Source: Methanocaldococcus sp. 16A (GTDB taxonomy: Archaea > AGJL01 > Methanococci > Methanococcales > Methanocaldococcaceae). Taken from it: a DNA stretch of 64,000 nucleotides. The stretch lies in assembly GCA_049860595.1 (NCBI GenBank), contig CP187551.1. One strand, written 5' to 3'. Below are positions 57,774 through 64,000 of this stretch, piece after piece. A model generated the notes under the pieces. It was given only the letters and a program-made list of their open reading frames with translations, did no database searches and was not told the DNA's origin. The position numbers were made by a program, and so were the translations under genes. Positions within the stretch are counted from its first letter, which is position 1. Each line of letters starts with the position of its first letter.

Positions 57774-58718
57774 TTATATATTTTTTAACATTGATTTTAT
57801 GTGTTCAATTAACTCAAGAGCATCATCCATCTTTTTTAGCTCTTCAATACTAACAACTGGTAGGTTTTTATATTCTTTCTCTTTCTCTTCTAATATTAAT
57901 AATGAATATCCATCTAACAACCTTGATAATTCTCTAACGAATAACGCCTTTCTTTTTACCTCTTCATTACTCTTTTCTTCAATATTTGTTAATAGAATAT
58001 TCAAATTGTTATCCATATCTTTTTCAGCTACAGCATCAAATGGAGCTTTTTCAACAACAAATGATTTAAATCCTAACTCGTTTAGAAAATTTATAGCTTC
58101 TTTCTTAAAATCTTCTAAATTCTCTAATTTATTGTCAATATCTTCATCATTAACAGGTTCAAATAAATCAATACCTTTAACCAAAGGCACATCTAAGTAT
58201 TCCTCAATCTTTATAGCTACATCTACTGAAGGATTAGCCATCTGAGTCTCATATTTATATATTGCCTTTCTTGAAACTCCAGCTATTTCAGCCAATTTTC
58301 CAACAGATATTCCCATAGCTTCTCTAACTTCTTTTAAAACCTTTCCATCTATCTTTACAAAGAATCCCCCTCTATTTGCATAAACTACTGGAGGACTTCC
58401 TTCTAAATAATCCCTAAACGTTTCAAAGGTTACTGCTTTTATATTGTATCTATCATAAACAACCCCAGGCTCCATAGGGGCATTTCTTGTTCTAATTCCA
58501 ATTATTAGGGGAGTACCATGTAGTATTTTACTAATCTTTTTCAACTCTTTTGACTGCTCTCTACTCAAACTATCGATATTTTTTAAAATCTTTAAAATTA
58601 ATCTAACATCATCCCTACTTGCAACCATGTCAAAGCAACTTCTACCTAATGGTTTTGAAACTGTAAATTTGTGAGCTCTCAATAATTCTATACATTCAGA
58701 TATTAAAATCTCTCTCAT
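57774..58718 (-). CDS. Conserved archaeal Cro/C1-HTH regulator
   Basis: GISVGKLAEIAGVSRKAIYKYE; N-terminal FD..A..LK.L.NIDS. Confidence 0.8.
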   Translation of the reverse strand: MREILISECIELLRAHKFTVSKPLGRSCFDMVASRDDVRLILKILKNIDSLSREQSKELKKISKILHGTPLIIGIRTRNAPMEPGVVYDRYNIKAVTFETFRDYLEGSPPVVYANRGGFFVKIDGKVLKEVREAMGISVGKLAEIAGVSRKAIYKYETQMANPSVDVAIKIEEYLDVPLVKGIDLFEPVNDEDIDNKLENLEDFKKEAINFLNELGFKSFVVEKAPFDAVAEKDMDNNLNILLTNIEEKSNEEVKRKALFVRELSRLLDGYSLLILEEKEKEYKNLPVVSIEELKKMDDALELIEHIKSMLKNI

Positions 58719-58969
58719 AATCATCACCATGAAACTTTCTAATCTAAATCCTCATGATATTTATTTTTTGCGGTTTGGTATTTTTTATATTATTAACTTT
58801 ACCAATATAAAGTTTTTCTACCAAAAATAGAACTTATATTCCTTTATGGTGAACTATTAATTAACAATGTGAGCATAGCACACAGTATTATAAAAGATTT
58901 TCTACTTAAACTTCATACATAGTATTTATAAATGAAATTATCTAACTAAAAGTATGTCCATGTGGGAGA

Positions 58970-59416
58970 ATGCCAGAGCATATTCTATCAGGAATAAAGG
59001 CAATAGTGGCAATGAAATTAAGGAGAAAGGGTCTTATTCAGAAAGAAATAGCAAAAATTATTAAGAGTGATAGGTCAATCGTCTCTCATTATCTCTCTGG
59101 AAGATATCCAAAGAAGAAAATTTTAAAAATAGCAAAAACTATTGAAGAGCTTCCTTCAGAATATGGAGCAAAAATAATTCATTCTTTAACTGATGACAAA
59201 GAACTTGCAAAGAGCTTAATAAAAGAATTATATGGAATAAAACTTTTATGGGATGAAAATTCATGCATAGCTTGTGGCTCTTGCTTGGTGTGTGTGGCAC
59301 TCACACTTGATGATTTCACCATCAATATAGATAACGATTCCTGCTGTCTATGTGCATCTTGTATATTCAGATGTCCTACGAACTCATTAAAATTTGTGAG
59401 GGAGAGTTATGATTGA
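58970..59416 (+). CDS. fwdH: FwdH (HTH + ferredoxin)
   Basis: HTH plus two Cys clusters, first gene of fwd operon. Confidence 0.8.
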   Translation: MPEHILSGIKAIVAMKLRRKGLIQKEIAKIIKSDRSIVSHYLSGRYPKKKILKIAKTIEELPSEYGAKIIHSLTDDKELAKSLIKELYGIKLLWDENSCIACGSCLVCVALTLDDFTINIDNDSCCLCASCIFRCPTNSLKFVRESYD

Positions 59417-60476
59417 GCAAGTAAAAGAAGTTTATGAAAATGGATTTACCATATATAGAGATGGAGAAGTAGAAAAAAGAGAGCTGTTTTGGAATGATGA
59501 CTCCTGTGTAGGTTGTGGAATCTGTGCTGATATCTGTCCAGTAAGTGCTATAGCTATGGGTCCGTTAGGAGCTATAGCTAAGGGAGATATAATAGCACCA
59601 AAATTGGATATTGATAAAGATGTCTGCGTTTTATGTGGAATGTGTGCTTCAGCATGTCCATTTGATGCAATGGATTTAAAAATCAATGGAAAATCAATAA
59701 AAGAGGATGAAAGATATCCAAAAATTAAGAGGGATATTAAAGTTTACCAAGATAAGTGTGTTTTATGTGAGCAGTGTGAAATGGTTTGTCCTCAATCAGC
59801 AATAGAAGTTGAAAGAACATTAGCTGAGAGGAAGAAGTTTGTTATTGGTGAGATAAATATAAACAAAGAGAAGTGTGTTTTATGTGGAGTTTGTGCTGAA
59901 TACTGTCCAGCAGATGCTATTGATTTAAAATACAACTATCCATCTCCAACAAATCCAAAACCAATAACTGACATTGAAGTTGATAGAGATAAGTGTGTTT
60001 ACTGTAAAGTTTGTGAATTTGTTTGTCCACATGATGCCATTGAAGTTATTTGTTACAAGTGTCCAATGATGAAGAGAATTCCACAAGCAAAATTATATGA
60101 AGATATAAATGGAAAAACAGTTGTTGATAAAGATGCCTGTGTAACCTGTGGATGGTGCGCTTTCATCTGTCCTGCAGAGGCTATTGAAGTTGAGAAACCA
60201 TTCAAAGGAGAGGTTATAATTGATGTTGATGCATGTAACGCTTGTGGAGCTTGTGTTGCTATATGTCCATGTAGTGCTTTAGAATTCCCTAAACCAAAAG
60301 ATAAAGCTGAAAAAGTTCCAAGATTGGTTGTTAATCAAAACTTATGTGTTTTATGTGGAGCTTGTGCTAAATCATGTCCAGTTAATGCAATAAAAGTTAA
60401 AAGAACAGAAATTAACTTTGAAAGAGAACCAAAAGCAATAGCTTGGAAGAAAGCATTTGAAAAGTTAATGGGATAA
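59409..60476 (+). CDS. fwdF: Polyferredoxin FwdF
   Basis: Eight CxxCxxCxxxCP motifs. Confidence 0.9.
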   Translation: MIEQVKEVYENGFTIYRDGEVEKRELFWNDDSCVGCGICADICPVSAIAMGPLGAIAKGDIIAPKLDIDKDVCVLCGMCASACPFDAMDLKINGKSIKEDERYPKIKRDIKVYQDKCVLCEQCEMVCPQSAIEVERTLAERKKFVIGEININKEKCVLCGVCAEYCPADAIDLKYNYPSPTNPKPITDIEVDRDKCVYCKVCEFVCPHDAIEVICYKCPMMKRIPQAKLYEDINGKTVVDKDACVTCGWCAFICPAEAIEVEKPFKGEVIIDVDACNACGACVAICPCSALEFPKPKDKAEKVPRLVVNQNLCVLCGACAKSCPVNAIKVKRTEINFEREPKAIAWKKAFEKLMG

Positions 60477-60513
60477 ATAAAAAATAATATAAAAATCATC
60501 GAAAGGTGAGGAA

Positions 60514-60762
60514 ATGAAAGCTTATGAGTTGGTTGTATATCCAGAAAGATGTCATGGTTGTGGAAACTGTGTTGTTTCTTGCCCAGTAAATGCAAAACAT
60601 CCAGAGACATGGGGAGGTAAAGGTCCTTACAGTGATGAAGTAGTTATTAGAGTTGAGAATGGAGTTGTTACTGTAGTAAATCAAGATTTATGTGGTGGAT
60701 GTGGAGCTTGTATAGAAGCATGTCCAGTAAATGCCATAGAGTTAGTTTTTAAAAGAAAATAA
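60514..60762 (+). CDS. fwdG: Ferredoxin subunit FwdG
   Basis: CHGCGNCVVSCP, CGGCGACIEACP. Confidence 0.9.
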   Translation: MKAYELVVYPERCHGCGNCVVSCPVNAKHPETWGGKGPYSDEVVIRVENGVVTVVNQDLCGGCGACIEACPVNAIELVFKRK

Positions 60763-60774
60763 TTTGGTGAGATA

Positions 60775-61176
60775 ATGAAATTTGTCTTAAACACTGGAAG
60801 AACTATCTGGCAAGGGGAGGCAATAGAAGCAGGAAAAAACCTTGATTTGTATGTTAGGGCTGCTGGAGTTATATATATTAATGAAGAAGATATGGAAAAA
60901 TTAGGGGTTAAGGAAGGAGATAATGTTAAAGTTAAGTCAGAGTATGGTGAAGTTGTAGTTAAGGTAAAAAAAGCTACTCAAAGAATGCCAGAAGGTATGG
61001 TTTTCATACCAATGGGCCCATGGGCTAATTGTGTAGTTAAGCCAGAAACTGAAAGCACAGGAATGCCAAGTTTTAAAGGATATCCTGGATTTTATGTAGA
61101 TGTTGAGAAAACAGATGAAGAAGTCTTAGATATGAGGACTTTAATGAGAAAGAAATACATAGAATCAGTAGAATAA
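60775..61176 (+). CDS. fwdD: Formylmethanofuran dehydrogenase subunit D
   Basis: LNTGRTIWQG, FIPMGPWAN, GMPSFKG. Confidence 0.92.
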   Translation: MKFVLNTGRTIWQGEAIEAGKNLDLYVRAAGVIYINEEDMEKLGVKEGDNVKVKSEYGEVVVKVKKATQRMPEGMVFIPMGPWANCVVKPETESTGMPSFKGYPGFYVDVEKTDEEVLDMRTLMRKKYIESVE

Positions 61177-61193
61177 ATCAGATTGGTGATAAA

Positions 61194-62897
61194 ATGGAAT
61201 ATATAATAAAAAATGGAATTGTTTATGACCCATTAAATGGAGTTAACGGAGAAAAAATGGATATTTGTGTTAAAGACGGTAAGATAGTTGAAAGTGTCTC
61301 TGATGATGCTAAAGTTATTGATGCTTCTGGATGCGTAGTTATGCCTGGTGGAATTGATTCCCACACCCACGTTGCTGGAGGTAAAGTTAACCTTGGTAGA
61401 ATGTTTAGACCAGAGGACAGTAAAAAAGAAATCTTTGCTAAGAAAGGATTGAGAAGTGGTACGGGTTTCTCAGTTCCATCAACATACAAAACAGGTTATC
61501 AATACTCAGAGATGGGATACACAACAGTTTTTGAAGCAGCAATGCCACCATTATTAGCAAGACACACACATGAAGAGTTTATGACAACTCCTCAAGTAGA
61601 TAAAGCAGTTTTAACCTTAATGGGTAACAACTGGTTTGTTTTTGAGTATATAAAAGAAGGAGACCTTAAAAAATGTGCTGCTTATGTGGCATGGCTTTTA
61701 AGAGCCACAAGAGGTTTTGCTATAAAGATTGTTAACCCAGGAGGAACAGAGGCTTGGGGTTGGGGTAAAAACGTCCATAGTATAGATGACCCAGTTCCTT
61801 ATTTCGATATAACTCCAAGAGAAATTGTTAGAGGGCTTTGTGAAGTTAATGAAATGCTTGGACTTCCTCACTCAATTCACGTTCACCCAAACAACTTAGG
61901 GCATCCAGGAAACTGGGAAACTACACTTGCAACAATGGAATGTGTTAAAGGTATAAAAGCAAAACCAAGATATGGAGAAAGAGAAACAGTATATTACAAC
62001 ACACATGTTCAGTTCCACTCATATGGAGGAACTTCATGGAAAGATTTTGAAAGTAAAGGAGTAGAGATTGCAGAATATGTAAATAAAAACGACCATGTAA
62101 TAATTGATGTTGGGCAGATTACATTAGATGAAACAACAACCATGACCGCTGATGGACCAATGGAGTATGACTTACACATGACTAATGGATTGAAATGGGC
62201 AAACTGTGATGTTGAGCTTGAAACAGGTTCAGGAGTAGTTCCATTCATCTACTCACCAAAAGGTCCTGTTTATGCTGTCCAGTGGGCTATTGGTTTAGAA
62301 CTCTTCCTATACACAAATACAGATAAAGTATTATTAACAACAGACCATCCAAACGCAGGACCATTTACAAGATACCCAAGAGTTATTGCATGGTTAATGA
62401 GCAAAAAATACAGAGATGAATGGTTATACAACAAGGTTCATAAGTGGGCTCAGCAGAGAAGCCAGGTAGCTGATAGTGATAAAGAATACGACTTGTTTGA
62501 GATAGCAAAAGTAACAAGAGCTAACCAAGCTAAGGTTTTAGGATTAAGTAAGGAGAGAGGACACTTAGGAGTTGGAGCTGATGCTGATATAGCAATTTAT
62601 GAAATAGACCCAGAAGAAAAAGATGGTAAGAAAATAGAGAAGGCATTTAGATATGCTAAGTATGTATTGAAAAGAGGAGAAGTAGTTGTAAAAAATGGAA
62701 ATGTAGTTAAAGAAGTCTTTGGAGATACAATATATGTTGATGTTAAGGTAGATGAGTCATTAGAACAAGAAATTATGAAAGACTTGAGAGAGAAATTCAC
62801 AAAATACTACTCAATTAACTTAGAAAGCTACCCAGTTTCAGATGAATATGCAAACAGTTGGAAAGTTATAAAGATAGATGCAACAGATATTAGTTAA
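61194..62897 (+). CDS. fwdA: Formylmethanofuran dehydrogenase subunit A
   Basis: IDSHTH, KIVNPGG, TTDHPNAGPF. Confidence 0.95.
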   Translation: MEYIIKNGIVYDPLNGVNGEKMDICVKDGKIVESVSDDAKVIDASGCVVMPGGIDSHTHVAGGKVNLGRMFRPEDSKKEIFAKKGLRSGTGFSVPSTYKTGYQYSEMGYTTVFEAAMPPLLARHTHEEFMTTPQVDKAVLTLMGNNWFVFEYIKEGDLKKCAAYVAWLLRATRGFAIKIVNPGGTEAWGWGKNVHSIDDPVPYFDITPREIVRGLCEVNEMLGLPHSIHVHPNNLGHPGNWETTLATMECVKGIKAKPRYGERETVYYNTHVQFHSYGGTSWKDFESKGVEIAEYVNKNDHVIIDVGQITLDETTTMTADGPMEYDLHMTNGLKWANCDVELETGSGVVPFIYSPKGPVYAVQWAIGLELFLYTNTDKVLLTTDHPNAGPFTRYPRVIAWLMSKKYRDEWLYNKVHKWAQQRSQVADSDKEYDLFEIAKVTRANQAKVLGLSKERGHLGVGADADIAIYEIDPEEKDGKKIEKAFRYAKYVLKRGEVVVKNGNVVKEVFGDTIYVDVKVDESLEQEIMKDLREKFTKYYSINLESYPVSDEYANSWKVIKIDATDIS

Positions 62898-62927
62898 GTT
62901 TTTTACTTTAAATTTAATTTTTTATAC

Positions 62928-63206
62928 GTGATTTTGATGATAACTTCTACAACTGACAACTTAGAAGGTTTTAAAATTATCAAGTATTTAGGCGTTGTAA
63001 TTGGTTATGGAGACGACCCAGATGATGCCTTAGAAGATTTAATAGATGTAGCTAAAGATATGGGAGCTAATGCAGTTATTGGTATAAGGATTTCTAATGA
63101 ATTAACAACTGAAATTATATCTGATGAAAATTATGCAGTTCCAGAATTAACTTACTATGCTTATGGAACAGCTGTTATAGTTGAGAAAATTGATGATAAA
63201 AAATAA
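62928..63206 (+). CDS. YbjQ/UPF0145 (DUF74) heavy-metal-binding family protein
   Basis: TTDNLEG..I..YLG.V; AKDMGANAVIGI; AYGTAV. Confidence 0.8.
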   Translation: MILMITSTTDNLEGFKIIKYLGVVIGYGDDPDDALEDLIDVAKDMGANAVIGIRISNELTTEIISDENYAVPELTYYAYGTAVIVEKIDDKK

Positions 63207-63222
63207 TAAAGCCGGTGATGGT

Positions 63223-64000
63223 ATGAAAGAGTTGATATTAACATTACAAAAAGAGATAATAGTTCCAGTAGAGATGGATAAAGTCTTGCCAGAAGTTATT
63301 GAGAACATGAGCTTAGAGGAAATAAAAAACATTGAGTTGGTTCAAGGAAGAAAGAGAATTAAAGTTGCTGACATTTTTGATGTTGAATTAAACGATATCG
63401 AAGGAGAGCCAAGAATTGTAATTAAAAACTCAAGTCCAAAATTAAAATATGTTGGTTCAAAGATGACAAAAGGAGAAATTATTGTTGAAGGAGATGTAGG
63501 AATGTATGTTGGGGCTGAAATGAAAGGAGGAAAGATAATTGTTAATGGAAATGCTGACAGCTGGGCTGGGCAGAATATGAAAGGAGGAGAGTTGTTAATT
63601 AAAGGAGATGCAGGGGACTATGTTGGTTCTTCTTATAGAGGGGATTGGAGAGGTATGAGTGGAGGAACAATCATTGTTGAAGGAAACGCTGGAAACGAGA
63701 TTGGAGAGTTTATGAGTAAAGGACTCATACATATAAAAGGAAACGCTGGAATGTTAGCTGGAATTCACCAAAACGGAGGAATAATCATTATTGATGGAGA
63801 TGTTGATGTAAGAGTTGGAGGGGAAATGAAGGCAGGAGCTATAGTTGTTTATGGAAAGGTTGAAGAGATTTTACCATCATTTAAGTTCGAAGGAATTGTT
63901 GAAAATCCAGTTATAAAATTAAGTAAAAAAGATGAAGGATTCCCAATAGAAGGAACATTCTATAAATTCACAGGAGATTATGTTTATAATAAACCAAAAG
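63223..64000 (+). CDS. fwdC: Formylmethanofuran dehydrogenase subunit C (3' end outside window)
   Basis: Manual translation MKELILTLQKEIIVPVEMD... with GxxMxxG repeats, YRGDWRGMSGG. Confidence 0.93.
   Translation, partial: MKELILTLQKEIIVPVEMDKVLPEVIENMSLEEIKNIELVQGRKRIKVADIFDVELNDIEGEPRIVIKNSSPKLKYVGSKMTKGEIIVEGDVGMYVGAEMKGGKIIVNGNADSWAGQNMKGGELLIKGDAGDYVGSSYRGDWRGMSGGTIIVEGNAGNEIGEFMSKGLIHIKGNAGMLAGIHQNGGIIIIDGDVDVRVGGEMKAGAIVVYGKVEEILPSFKFEGIVENPVIKLSKKDEGFPIEGTFYKFTGDYVYNKPK

Noticed and set aside
58829-58842. AGAA-CTTATA-TTCC, NrpR-like site upstream of fwdH
   Set aside because: Mismatch in the conserved half-site; expected by chance in AT-rich DNA; no cassette alignment

Overview
AT-rich archaeal chromosome segment, almost certainly Methanocaldococcus: GGTGA RBSs, BRE-TATA promoters, comB, fwd and Kae1-Bud32 genes, with gene order resembling my recollection of M. 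jannaschii ~MJ1115-MJ1171. A core backbone (asnB, cobY, dapF, hel308, hflX, kae1-bud32, guaA, moaC, elp3, rnp3, comB, arsA, cbiG, gap, tfs, cdc48, rpa, gatA, fwdHFGDA-C) is interrupted between hel308 and hflX by a ~15 kb accessory block. Part (i) is a nitrogen-fixation island: nifH-I1-I2-D-K, four small accessory genes (unknown, HypC-like, stand-alone ATP-cone, ferredoxin), an unknown gene coupled to a lone nifE without nifN, a homoaconitase small-subunit (hacB-like) gene with a YLKT loop, a modAB-DUF364-modC molybdate transporter and an MBL-fold gene. Every transcription unit carries the same ungapped 36-bp NrpR-operator/BRE/TATA cassette, and two mirror-oriented ~97-bp palindromic elements bracket the island. 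Part (ii) is a PepSY / membrane protein / wHTH / DedA-PAP2 module with its own repeated promoter motif. Two families of ~95-110 bp MITE-like elements with covarying hairpins are scattered through the window, and two of them have rewritten protein C-termini. A TPR gene is frameshifted in an A9 tract. No rRNA, tRNA or CRISPR array was seen. Family assignments are by motif recognition only; no database searches were run.
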